Below are positions 48,916-58,515 of a DNA stretch of 64,000 nt, piece after piece (the stretch's first letter is position 1; each line of letters begins with the position of its first letter). The position numbers and the translations under genes are program-made. Source of the stretch: an uncultured archaeon. GTDB lineage: Archaea; Altiarchaeota; Altiarchaeia; IMC4; SCGC-AAA252-I15. Location of the stretch: positions 160,001-224,000 of the forward strand of contig CABMCB010000071.1 of assembly GCA_902384455.1 (NCBI GenBank). Direction: 5' to 3'. The notes under the pieces were generated by a model, which saw nothing but the letters and a program-made list of their open reading frames with translations, was not told the origin of the DNA and did not search any database.

Positions 48916-49074
48916 TCACCCTTTGAATCGGGGTGAGTCCATCACGCGGGCGAGCACATAGAGGGCGAAGAATATTGCAATAAGCCATCCGGCTAGTCCG
49001 AATGTGCTGCCGTACCATTCCTTAAGCCGGGTTAAATGCAGGATTGCGTCGTCCACTACGCTGTTGAGGTTCAT
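48916..49074 (-). CDS. 52-aa small membrane protein (not in ORF track)
   Basis: ATGA overlap with the upstream stop. MNLNSVVDDAILHLTRLKEWYGSTFGLAGWLIAIFFALYVLARVMDSPRFKG fills the gap exactly and has one TM. Confidence 0.6.
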   Translation of the reverse strand: MNLNSVVDDAILHLTRLKEWYGSTFGLAGWLIAIFFALYVLARVMDSPRFKG

Positions 49075-50171
49075 TTCTTGTCTATCTTCTCCGCAATCTT
49101 CTTGTTTTCCTCAAGTAGCGCCTTGATGTCTTTGCCTATCGACGCAAGGTGAGTGGCTTCGTCGTCCAAGTGAGTATAGTTGGATATCTTAGCGTAAACT
49201 TCCTGCGGATTCTCTATCCCAAACAAAGCGTGGTAACTCCTCACGCGAGGCACATTAACTTCCCTGCCCGCAGTAACAGCCGCCCCAACCATAAGGCCGC
49301 CTGAGGACCCTCCTCCCACGCCGCCTCCGACTGTGAGCGCCGCAGAGTCCGACCCCAAGCCCAGTCCGTTTGCTGTCACGGGAATTATTGTGCCGAAATT
49401 GAACATTCGGCCTAATAGAGGCTGCTCGAGGATTAGGTTGTTTATGTTCCCGTAGTCGAGTTCGTTTCTGCGCATTCCCCCCCAGGAAAGCTGCGTTACA
49501 AGGCGCTGGTTGGTTACGTAGAATACGTGCGCTAGCCGGTATAGGTCAACGAAGTACATGCCTATCCCCGCAAGGAGTATGCCCAAAACGTACGTCATAT
49601 ACGCGGGCAAACCAAGAACTGCAGGCACGACTGCGGCAAACAACGCCGTGGCAATAAGCACAGGACCCCAACCCCAAGATATCGAAACGAAAGATATGTA
49701 CCCCGCAGGCAATATCACAAGGAAACACCAAAGTATCACGGCCGCGTATTCAACAGGCGGATTCAATAGGAAAAGAGCGAACTGCCTGACTGTTGAGGCC
49801 GTAGGTATGCCGATGAATCCGAGCACGTCGGCTGAGCCTTTTGACAGCATTCCTACGACTCCGAACAGTATTGTTGCCGTAAGCCGAGTGAAAATGTTTG
49901 TTTTGGCTGATAGGGCGGAGCCTATTTGGGGTGCTATCCACATGAAAAGAAGCGATAGTATTATGACCCAAAGCCAGATGAAGTAGTAGGGGTAGAATGC
50001 GAGCCAGTGTGGGTGGACTTTCATTTCTACGGTTTCCTGGTCGCGCAGCTTGATTTCCTTTGGAGGTGAAATGACGTTTGAGAAGACGCGTTTCTTTTCT
50101 TCTGGGGCTTTGGCGGTTGGCGTAGGCGGCTCTTCATCCAGTTTGTGCCCTATTGTTTTTCCGCCTTCCAT
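49071..50171 (-). CDS. Membrane protein with bacterial PH (bPH_2) domain
   Basis: HPHW, several TMs, YVTNQRL...I..I...Q.LLGRMFNFGTI. Confidence 0.8.
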   Translation of the reverse strand: MEGGKTIGHKLDEEPPTPTAKAPEEKKRVFSNVISPPKEIKLRDQETVEMKVHPHWLAFYPYYFIWLWVIILSLLFMWIAPQIGSALSAKTNIFTRLTATILFGVVGMLSKGSADVLGFIGIPTASTVRQFALFLLNPPVEYAAVILWCFLVILPAGYISFVSISWGWGPVLIATALFAAVVPAVLGLPAYMTYVLGILLAGIGMYFVDLYRLAHVFYVTNQRLVTQLSWGGMRRNELDYGNINNLILEQPLLGRMFNFGTIIPVTANGLGLGSDSAALTVGGGVGGGSSGGLMVGAAVTAGREVNVPRVRSYHALFGIENPQEVYAKISNYTHLDDEATHLASIGKDIKALLEENKKIAEKIDKK

Positions 50172-50216
50172 TCTATGCCCTCTTATTTTCTTCTTCCGCT
50201 ACGGCTAAAAATGAAG

Positions 50217-51593
50217 TTAAACCTTATTCAGTATCCCTTCAAGTACGGTTTCTACTTCGCTTCGAATCTCCTTCAGCCTTGCATCGGTTTTTGCTTCGAA
50301 GCGGAGAATAAGGTGCGGGGTCGTGTTGCTTGCGCGCACAAGCCCCCATCCGTCCTTAAACTGGATTCTGGCGCCGTCCAACGTCACCACCTCGTTCGTC
50401 TTCTGGAACCTTTTAGTGACCTCGGAGACTACATTAAACTTCCTGTCGTCCGGACAGTCCACGCGAATCTCAGGCGTCACAGGATACTTGGGGATGCTGT
50501 CGTAGAGGGCCGAGATTCCTCCAGGCGTCCTTTCAACTATGCCGGCCATGGTGATGCCCGCAAGAAGCGCGTCGTCATAACCGAAAGCGTCTTCGCCGAA
50601 ATAGAAGTGGCCGCTCATTTCGCCTCCAAGGAGTGCTCCTTCCTCTTTGATGCGTTTTTTCATGAAGCTGTGGCCTGTGCGGTTCATTAGCGGCACGCCT
50701 CCCGCCTTCTCAACCTCCTCTATGAGGCTTTGGCTGCATTTGACGTCGAAGACTATTTTGGCGCCTTTGTGCCTGCTTATCACGTCTTTGGCGAGAAGAA
50801 TCAAGGCTTGGTCTCCGCGCACTATTTCGCCGCGCGGAGTGATGAACACTGCGCGGTCTCCGTCCCCGTCGAAGCCGACGCCGAGCGCAGCCTTGGTTTT
50901 TTTAACTTCTTTTATGAGGTCAGTGAGGCTTTCGTCCATAGTCGGATCGGGGTGGTGGTGGGGGAAGGTGTTGTCTGATTCGCAGTAAAGGGGTATCACG
51001 GAAAATCCTGCGGCGGTAAACAGGCGTACTGCGAGCGGGCCTGCGGTTCCGTTTCCTGCGTCTAGGACTACTTTGATTGGTTTTGTTGTCCGCACCCGTT
51101 TGGCGTTGAATTTGACGTAGTCCTCCAAAGGGTCTTTCTTTGTTGTTGTGCTTTCTTCTTTTTTTGGTACGGTTCTGAGTTCCCCTTTATCGATTGTTTC
51201 TTTGAGGGCAAGGAGGCTTTCTGCGTAGAGGGGCTGTGTGCCGCGCATGAACTTGAGGCCGTTGTATTCGGGTGGGTTGTGGCTTCCTGTTATCATTACG
51301 CAGCCGTCTAGTTTGTATGTGAATAGGCTGAAGTATGTGACTGGCGTTGGGACTTCTCCTATTGACAGAACGTTTATGCCTGCCTGGTTTATGCCTTTGA
51401 TGAGCGCTTTGGATAGTGCGGGGGATGATGTGCGGTTGTCCCATCCTACTGCGACTGTTGCGCCTGGTTTTAGTCCTGACGCGTATGATTGTCCCACAAT
51501 CTGTGCGAGTTCGTCTGTGAGGTCTTTTCCGTATACGCCTCGGATGTCGTATGCTCGGAATACGCTTGCTTTGACTGCGGGTTTGTTTTTCAT
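50217..51593 (-). CDS. Phosphomannomutase/phosphoglucomutase
   Basis: FRAYDIRG, TGSHNPP, DGDGDR, GEMSGH, RASNTTP. Confidence 0.95.
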   Translation of the reverse strand: MKNKPAVKASVFRAYDIRGVYGKDLTDELAQIVGQSYASGLKPGATVAVGWDNRTSSPALSKALIKGINQAGINVLSIGEVPTPVTYFSLFTYKLDGCVMITGSHNPPEYNGLKFMRGTQPLYAESLLALKETIDKGELRTVPKKEESTTTKKDPLEDYVKFNAKRVRTTKPIKVVLDAGNGTAGPLAVRLFTAAGFSVIPLYCESDNTFPHHHPDPTMDESLTDLIKEVKKTKAALGVGFDGDGDRAVFITPRGEIVRGDQALILLAKDVISRHKGAKIVFDVKCSQSLIEEVEKAGGVPLMNRTGHSFMKKRIKEEGALLGGEMSGHFYFGEDAFGYDDALLAGITMAGIVERTPGGISALYDSIPKYPVTPEIRVDCPDDRKFNVVSEVTKRFQKTNEVVTLDGARIQFKDGWGLVRASNTTPHLILRFEAKTDARLKEIRSEVETVLEGILNKV

Positions 51594-51620
51594 AACAAGT
51601 CGGGTCGGATTATCCGCGTT

Positions 51621-52460
51621 TCAGCTTAGGGGCTTCCACTCTTTGATTGCCTTTTCGTATGACTCGGGCGTGCCTGTGTCGAACCACTGCCTGTCGAACG
51701 GGTAAGCGTACAACTCCCCTTTTTTCGCCAGAATTGGGAATATGTCTTTCTCTATCATGCTTTTCCCTTTGGGCAGGACGTCTAGCACCGACGGTTCAAG
51801 AACGTAAACTCCGGCGTTGATGAGGTTGCTTGTTTGCTCCCCTTTCTTGGGTTTCTCTATGAAATCGAGTATTCGGTCGCCTTCAAGAAGCGCCACTCCG
51901 AACTGGCTGGGGTCTTTGACGTGCGTGAGGGCAATAGTTGCCATACCTTTCTTCTCGTTGTGGTAGCGGATTAAGTCCATAAGGTCGATGTCCGCGAGAA
52001 CGTCGCCGTTGAACATAAGGAACGTCTCAGTAAGCTGGTCGCGCATAAGCGAAAGCGGGCCTGCGGTCCCAAGCGCCTCCTTCTCTTCTATGTAAGTGAT
52101 TCGGACGCCGAACTTTGAGCCGTTCCCGAAGTACTCCCTAATCTTGTTGCCCAGGTAGCCTATGCTTATGACAATGTCCCTCACGTCATACTTGCGGCAC
52201 AAGTCGACTATGTGCTCAAGAAGAGGCCTCCCTTGCACGGGTATTAGGGATTTGGGCATTTCGTATGTGAAGGGGCGCATTCGTGTTCCTTCGCCTCCTG
52301 CCAGAATCACCGCTTTTTTGACTTTGTCTGCGGAGAAGACTTTGGAGAGCATCACTTCTATTGCGTGGCTTCTGTTGCGTATTCTTATGCCGTCGACCAT
52401 CTGGTCTACGCGCTCTACTATGTCGTCTCTGAGGGTTATGGTCAGTTGCTCGCGCTTCAT
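51621..52460 (-). CDS. Sugar-phosphate nucleotidyltransferase with N-terminal ribbon-helix-helix domain
   Basis: N-terminal LTITL...NRSHAIE (CopG/NikR-like), then ILAGGEGTRMRP..PK, FIEKP, WFDTG. Confidence 0.88.
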   Translation of the reverse strand: MKREQLTITLRDDIVERVDQMVDGIRIRNRSHAIEVMLSKVFSADKVKKAVILAGGEGTRMRPFTYEMPKSLIPVQGRPLLEHIVDLCRKYDVRDIVISIGYLGNKIREYFGNGSKFGVRITYIEEKEALGTAGPLSLMRDQLTETFLMFNGDVLADIDLMDLIRYHNEKKGMATIALTHVKDPSQFGVALLEGDRILDFIEKPKKGEQTSNLINAGVYVLEPSVLDVLPKGKSMIEKDIFPILAKKGELYAYPFDRQWFDTGTPESYEKAIKEWKPLS

Positions 52461-52469
52461 TTTGATTTG

Positions 52470-52490
52470 TCACAGTATGTTATACTATGA
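52470..52490. promoter_or_regulatory. Imperfect palindrome, candidate RHH operator
   Basis: TCACAGTAT-GTT-ATACTATGA (8 of 9 pairs), 10 nt upstream of the start at 52460. Confidence 0.45.
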
Positions 52491-52578
52491 GGTAATTACA
52501 TACGCAAGTGGGCCTTAAAAAACCCCCTTCACCCCCATTAAACAGCAAGCCTTAAGGCGAAACACACTATAACCTAAC

Positions 52579-53268
52579 ATGGACGTCTCCATCATAGTCC
52601 CAACATACAACGAGAAAGACAACATCCCAATACTAGCAGAACGGCTTTTTGAGGCTCTGAAGAAAGCGAGCATAGAAGGTGAACTTGTCATAGTAGACGA
52701 CGGAAGCCCCGATGGAACAGGCGACGTAGCTGAGAAGCTGGGGAAAAAATATCCCGTCACAGTAGTCCACCGCTCAGGCAAACTGGGGTTGTCCTCCGCA
52801 GTGCTTGAGGGATTCGCTATGGCCACAGGAGACTACTTGGGCGTAATGGACGCAGATTTGTCGCACCCACCCGAAGTAATACCTCAGCTTGTGGCGGCCA
52901 TCAAGGCGGGCGCAGACCTCGCTCCTGGAACAAGGTACGCTCAAGGCGGGGGAGTGGAGCATTGGCCGCTTCACAGGCAGATAATAAGCAAGGTTGCGAC
53001 TATGCTTGCTCAGCCGCTTACGCCTCTTTCCGACCCGATGTCCGGTTTGTTCATGATTAAGCGCGAAGTCATAGAGGATGTCACTCTTAATCCGTTGGGT
53101 TTCAAGATTCTGCTTGAAATCGCAGTCAAAGGGCACGTTAGTAAAATCACTGAAGTCCCATTCACGTTCAAGGACCGGCTGGCCGGAGAAAGCAAGCTCA
53201 ACTCTAAGGAGCAGATAAACTACCTAAAGCACCTGTTTGCGCTTTACAGATACCGCTACCACATATAG
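52579..53268 (+). CDS. Polyprenol-phosphate mannose synthase-like GT2
   Basis: PTYNE, DDGSPDGT, MDADLSHPP, DPMSG, GFKILLE. Confidence 0.92.
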   Translation: MDVSIIVPTYNEKDNIPILAERLFEALKKASIEGELVIVDDGSPDGTGDVAEKLGKKYPVTVVHRSGKLGLSSAVLEGFAMATGDYLGVMDADLSHPPEVIPQLVAAIKAGADLAPGTRYAQGGGVEHWPLHRQIISKVATMLAQPLTPLSDPMSGLFMIKREVIEDVTLNPLGFKILLEIAVKGHVSKITEVPFTFKDRLAGESKLNSKEQINYLKHLFALYRYRYHI

Positions 53269-53300
53269 ATTTTATCCCCTATTCCCCAATAGGCGTGCAT

Positions 53301-55511
53301 ATGAAGACGCTGTCCGTAGTCGTCCCTACTTACAACGAAGCCGAAAACGTCCGCCGCCTAATACCTCAAGTGGAAGACGTCTTCAAGAAAAACAGCATAG
53401 ACGGCGAAATCATAATAGTAGACGACGCAAGCCCCGACGGCACGGCAGACTCGGCGGAAAAAGCCGGCAAAAAATACGGCAACGTACACGTCATACGCCG
53501 CACAGAAGACCGCGGATACGGCTCAGCAGTCAAAGCAGGATTCGCCAAAGCAAAAGGCGAGTTCCTTATGATAATAGACGCCGACCTATCTCATAACCCC
53601 CAAGAAATACCCTCATTCCTAAAAGCACTCAAACAAGCCGACCTCGTCATAGGAAGCAGATTCTCAGGCGGAGGAAAACTAGACGGCCGACTGGCCCGAA
53701 AAATATTCTCCGGCGGATACAACACAGTCGCAAGCATCCTATTCGGGGCTTCGGTGAAAGACATCACAAGCGGATACAGGGCCATGCGCAAAACGCTACT
53801 GGATGTTTGCCCCCCAAAGTCGGACGGCCCGGAAATACACAGTGAAGTCGTGTTGTCCGCTCTTGCCGCGGGGCTTAAGGTCAAGGAAATACCCATTACG
53901 TATCGGGAGCGGGAGATTGGGCAGACCAAATTCAACTTCCTCGACATGGGCCCCAAGTACACCAAGATTCTGCTTCAGGCCGCATTAAAGCGCATGTTGT
54001 TCCTGTTTTCCCCCCGGAGGACTGCGGCGTTGCTTGCCTACATCACAGTTGCGGCAGTGCTTCTTCGGCTGGTTCTTTCGCTTGTTGCTCCTGTCACAGG
54101 AGACGCCACGTTTCATCTGTCAATTGTAAGGTTCATAACCCAACACGGATACTACCCCACGTTTGAATATCAGACAGGCGTAAACGCCCTATGGTGGCCT
54201 CCGTTCTTTTATGCGGCAACAAGCGTTCTTTATCTTACGACTGGTTTGATGAAGGAGTCTTCTTTGTTGTTTGGTTTATTCGGCTACTTTATGTTTCTGC
54301 TGCTTGTGCACAGGATTTACCCTAAAGACGGTAAGACATTGGTCGCCTCCGCGTTCGCCCTTGCTTTCCTGCCGTTTCACGCTTACTTCAGCGCAATCGC
54401 CTACGTGGACACCGCGCTATTCTTCTTCTCGGCGTCAGTTGCTTACTTCTACTTCGAATATTTGGCGGGCGGAAAAAGAAGGGATTTAATTCTCGCACTC
54501 CTGTTTTCAGCCGCCGCAGCCCAAACGCACTATTACGGATTCGCCCCAATGATTGCTGTCACAGCCCACCGGTTTTTGCGCAAGCCTAAAGAAGCGGCGG
54601 CATTCGCTGTTTGCGGCCTAATCCTTGTTTCGCCTTGGTACATTAGAAACTACGAGGTGTTCGGAAACCCAATTTGGCCTAAGCTGTCTGGCGGAAATTA
54701 CCCTGACGACCCGGCGGTAGTCAACATGCCGCTGTCCGGAGCCGTAATGTCGCTTGTTACCCCGCAAAGGTGGGTTGACGTTATGCTGGATTTTTGGGCG
54801 GGTCCTCCAAACAGCGGAGAAGACTTCTTTGCGCAGCTTAATCCTTTACGGGAACAGTATCCTGTACTCAACCTGCTTGTTGCCGCGTGGATTGCTGCGG
54901 TTGCGGCCGCAACATTGTTTATACTTCGTGGATTGTGGGGCATGATGAAGGAGAAACATGCGCAATACATCCTCCTGATTTTCGTTCTCAGCTTCATCCC
55001 TTTCACATTGAACGGGCTTGCGCGTATGTTCGTCAACTTCATGCCTTTCGTGGCGCTGGGACTGGGCAGAGGCCTTGTTGAAACTTTTAGCGGCAAGAAA
55101 CTTTTCATTGTCTGCCTCATTCTTGCGGTCGCTTTCGCGTCTGTCCCGATAGGTTACGCGTTCGTCTACCGCGCTCGGATTGAGCCTTCCATAAATTTCT
55201 ACGGTTTCGTTGATACTCTGCCTAAGGGATCAGTCGTCTTTAAGCCGTTTGACCAAAGCCACTGCCTTTACTACAGCAAAATACCTTGCTACCGAGTGGG
55301 AAGCGCCGGCCAGATACCTGACGGAGAATACGACAAAAACCTGTCCATACTAAGTGGGGCAAACGTGACTCACGTATGCTTCGACAGCCTGTACTTTACT
55401 GCGTTATCCGCGAAAGACAAGCGCCTTTATGACGTCCTGTCGAAAACAGAACCCGTAATCACATACGAGGAAGGAAGCTATTGGGGACGCTGCTTCAGCC
55501 TGCTACCATAG
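53301..55511 (+). CDS. GT2 fused to a multi-TM GT-C-like glycosyltransferase domain
   Basis: N-terminal GT2 (DADLSH), then GDATFH, WWPPFF, many TMs and PWYIRNY..FGNP. Confidence 0.8.
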   Translation: MKTLSVVVPTYNEAENVRRLIPQVEDVFKKNSIDGEIIIVDDASPDGTADSAEKAGKKYGNVHVIRRTEDRGYGSAVKAGFAKAKGEFLMIIDADLSHNPQEIPSFLKALKQADLVIGSRFSGGGKLDGRLARKIFSGGYNTVASILFGASVKDITSGYRAMRKTLLDVCPPKSDGPEIHSEVVLSALAAGLKVKEIPITYREREIGQTKFNFLDMGPKYTKILLQAALKRMLFLFSPRRTAALLAYITVAAVLLRLVLSLVAPVTGDATFHLSIVRFITQHGYYPTFEYQTGVNALWWPPFFYAATSVLYLTTGLMKESSLLFGLFGYFMFLLLVHRIYPKDGKTLVASAFALAFLPFHAYFSAIAYVDTALFFFSASVAYFYFEYLAGGKRRDLILALLFSAAAAQTHYYGFAPMIAVTAHRFLRKPKEAAAFAVCGLILVSPWYIRNYEVFGNPIWPKLSGGNYPDDPAVVNMPLSGAVMSLVTPQRWVDVMLDFWAGPPNSGEDFFAQLNPLREQYPVLNLLVAAWIAAVAAATLFILRGLWGMMKEKHAQYILLIFVLSFIPFTLNGLARMFVNFMPFVALGLGRGLVETFSGKKLFIVCLILAVAFASVPIGYAFVYRARIEPSINFYGFVDTLPKGSVVFKPFDQSHCLYYSKIPCYRVGSAGQIPDGEYDKNLSILSGANVTHVCFDSLYFTALSAKDKRLYDVLSKTEPVITYEEGSYWGRCFSLLP

Positions 55512-55922
55512 AAGGCCAACGTAGGCGGCTCTTGCGGGTGAACGGCGTAAGCGCGACCGAACGTTCTTGAACAGCGCGTAGCACCTGAAAAAAAGTCGGA
55601 TGCTCATTTTGTCGCAGAAGCTTAGGCCTACTGATTGAGCGACGACCAATTTGTTGTCTAAGCATCCTGCGTCTTTAAACAGGACTTCAGCGACTACTCT
55701 TCCTTCTCTGGTTGTGCCTTGAGGAAGCCTTCCGCCCAGGATGACTGCGTCCGCGGGCATTCCGTCGCCGCCCAGTTCGCCCCAGACGAACCCGTAGTTA
55801 AATATTGTGGGCAAGGGCGAAGTGAGTTCCTTGACGAATCCTTTAGGTGTGGCCCGGTACTTTATGAAACTCCACTTTGGCGTTTCAACAGTTATCATGA
55901 CCTTCCTAGCTTCCACCCACAT
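55503..55922 (-). CDS. Inorganic pyrophosphatase-like protein (short, divergent family I)
   Basis: VETPK..IKY, FNYGF, GDGMPADAVIL, D...DNK. Start uncertain (55898-55949). Confidence 0.7.
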   Translation of the reverse strand: MWVEARKVMITVETPKWSFIKYRATPKGFVKELTSPLPTIFNYGFVWGELGGDGMPADAVILGGRLPQGTTREGRVVAEVLFKDAGCLDNKLVVAQSVGLSFCDKMSIRLFFRCYALFKNVRSRLRRSPARAAYVGLLW

Positions 55923-55969
55923 ATTTAGAGGGTTGAAACGGAAATACATTAGACGATTTTAAACTACCC

Positions 55970-57631
55970 ATGAAATTCGCGGAACTGACCAAATTGTTCG
56001 ACTCGCTGTCGGCGACCACCAAACGCCTTGAGATGACGAAGATAATCGCCGAATTCCTCGCAACAGTGCCGGAAAAAGACATTTCCGACGTAATGCTACT
56101 TTTGAAAGGCCGGCTATTCCCCGAATGGGACGACCGCGAACTGGGGGTCGCCGAGAAAATAATGGTGAAGGCGATAGCGGACACAAGCGGACTGACTGAA
56201 AGCAAGGTCGACGATTTAATCCGGGAAACAGGCGACGTGGGGATTGCCGCCGCTAAGGCGCTGTCAAAGAAAACTCAGACGACGCTCTTTACGAAGGAGC
56301 TGACTGTGGAGTATCTTCTTGAAACTTTGCGGAAGTTTCCTTCGCTTCAGGGTAAGGGAAGCCAGGACCGCAAGCTCACCTCTCTTAAGGATCTTCTTTC
56401 GTCGGCTTCCGGGGAAGACGGAAAATACGTCGCCCGGCTTACGGTCGGCGAACTACGGCTGGGAGTAGGCGAAGGAATACTTAGAGACGCAGTCTCGCAG
56501 GCGTACGGCATAAACCCGGACCTAGTAGAGCACGCCCTAAACTTGACTTGCGACATAGGATACGTGGCTTCTCTTGCAAAGAAAGGCGGGACGGAAGCTC
56601 TCGAAAAAGTGACTCTCGTCCCCGGAAAACCAATGAAAGTGATGCTTGCGCAAAAAGCGTCAGGCATAGAAGGCGCACTCGAAGAACTTAAGGGGACGGC
56701 GGCGTTCGAAGTGAAATACGACGGAGCCAGAATACAAATCCACAAGCAAGGCGACTCAATCACCCTGTTTACCCGACGGCTTGAGGACGTCACAAAACAA
56801 TTCCCCGAAGTGGTTGCAGCATCAAAAACCCAAATCAAAGCTAAGACCGCAATCGTCGAAGGAGAAATGGTCGCAATCTCAGACACAACCGTGCGCAGAC
56901 CGCGCCCCTTCCAAGACCTCTCCCGCAGAATCAAAAGGAAGTACGACGTAGAGAAAATCCAGAAGGAAATCCCAGTGGAAGTCAACCTCTTCGACGCACT
57001 CCTACTTGACCACAAAATACTCCTTACCACACCCTTCATCGAGCGCCGAAAAACCCTCGCCTCAATAATAGAAGAAACCCCAGACTTCCGCCTAGCCCAA
57101 CAACTCATAACAAGCGACGCCAAACAAGCAGACGAATTCTACAAAAAATCATTAGCATTAGGCCACGAAGGAGTCATGGCCAAAAACCTAACCGCAAACT
57201 ACGTCCCAGGAAGCAGAGTCGGCAACATGTACAAAGTAAAACCCATAATGGAGACGCTCGACCTCGTAATAACCGGCGCAACATGGGGGGAAGGCCGCCG
57301 CGCAAGCTGGCTGGGAAGCTTCTTACTCTCCGCATACGACATTGAAGAGGGGATGTTCAAGACTATGGGGCGGATGGCAACCGGAATAACGGACGAGCAA
57401 CTGCAGGAAATAACCGACATATTGAAGCCCACCATACGCCGTCAGGAAGGAAAGGAATGCGTCCTCGAACCAACCACCGTCGTGGAAGTCGCATTCGAGG
57501 AAATACAGAAAAGCCCAACATACGAAAGCGGATACGCGCTACGGTTCCCCAGACTCGTAAGAATAAGAGCAGACAGAGGGCCGCAGGAGGCGGACACGCT
57601 CAAAAGAATAGAAGAGATGGTGAAAGGATAA
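55970..57631 (+). CDS. lig: ATP-dependent DNA ligase
   Basis: EVKYDGAR, EGEMV, EGVMAK, LRFPR. Confidence 0.97.
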   Translation: MKFAELTKLFDSLSATTKRLEMTKIIAEFLATVPEKDISDVMLLLKGRLFPEWDDRELGVAEKIMVKAIADTSGLTESKVDDLIRETGDVGIAAAKALSKKTQTTLFTKELTVEYLLETLRKFPSLQGKGSQDRKLTSLKDLLSSASGEDGKYVARLTVGELRLGVGEGILRDAVSQAYGINPDLVEHALNLTCDIGYVASLAKKGGTEALEKVTLVPGKPMKVMLAQKASGIEGALEELKGTAAFEVKYDGARIQIHKQGDSITLFTRRLEDVTKQFPEVVAASKTQIKAKTAIVEGEMVAISDTTVRRPRPFQDLSRRIKRKYDVEKIQKEIPVEVNLFDALLLDHKILLTTPFIERRKTLASIIEETPDFRLAQQLITSDAKQADEFYKKSLALGHEGVMAKNLTANYVPGSRVGNMYKVKPIMETLDLVITGATWGEGRRASWLGSFLLSAYDIEEGMFKTMGRMATGITDEQLQEITDILKPTIRRQEGKECVLEPTTVVEVAFEEIQKSPTYESGYALRFPRLVRIRADRGPQEADTLKRIEEMVKG

Positions 57632-57675
57632 GCGATACCCGAATTATTATGCCTTAAATTTTATAGTAAAATGGT

Positions 57676-58515
57676 ATGAACGGGTTTGATATCCCTATTT
57701 TTGTTAAGTGGGCTGGTGGTAAATCGCAGTTGTTGAGCCAGTTTGAGCCGTATTTTCCCGACGTATTTAGTGGATATTTTGAGCCGTTTCTGGGTGGTGG
57801 GGCGGTTTTCTATTATGTCAAACAGAAGTATTCACCTGAGCGGATAGTTCTCTCTGACTCCAATAAAATCCTTATCGACTGCTACATCAACGTAAGGGAC
57901 TCTGTCGAGGATTTGATAGAATTGCTTAAGGTTCACCAGAAAAACCACTCCGAGAGATACTACTACAAAATACGGGACACGTTCAACGCAAGGTTAGGCG
58001 GCATAGACGAGTCCTCCATGTTCTTGTATCTGAACAAGACCTGCTTCAATGGATTATACCGGGAAAACTCCAAGGGAGAATTCAACGTCCCCTTCGGGAA
58101 ATACAAAAATCCGAACATAGTAAACGAAGAAGCCCTAAAAAAAGCCAGCGAATTGCTCCAAGGCGTGGATATAGTCCTAAGAGACTTTGAGGACATAGAA
58201 GGTAAAGTTACGGGCGAAGACCTTGTTTACTTTGACCCACCATATCATCCATTATCTGAAACCTCAAGTTTCACAGGCTACACAAACGGCTGTTTTACCG
58301 ACAAAGACCAAGTACGATTAAGCCGGCTGTATAAGGAATTGGACAAGGAAGGGGCTAAACTAAAACTGAGCAACAGCGATACACCCCTTATTCGAGAACT
58401 GTTTGACGGCTACAATATCCAAGTCGTCAAGGCTAGGAGAAACATTAACTGCAAAGGCAATGGACGCGGAAAAATCAACGAATTGTTGATTCTAAATTAC
58501 GAAACAAATAACTGA
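57676..58515 (+). CDS. Dam/DpnM-family DNA adenine methyltransferase
   Basis: KWAGGK, EPFLGGGAV, NGLYRENSKGEFNVPFG, DPPY. Confidence 0.93.
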   Translation: MNGFDIPIFVKWAGGKSQLLSQFEPYFPDVFSGYFEPFLGGGAVFYYVKQKYSPERIVLSDSNKILIDCYINVRDSVEDLIELLKVHQKNHSERYYYKIRDTFNARLGGIDESSMFLYLNKTCFNGLYRENSKGEFNVPFGKYKNPNIVNEEALKKASELLQGVDIVLRDFEDIEGKVTGEDLVYFDPPYHPLSETSSFTGYTNGCFTDKDQVRLSRLYKELDKEGAKLKLSNSDTPLIRELFDGYNIQVVKARRNINCKGNGRGKINELLILNYETNN

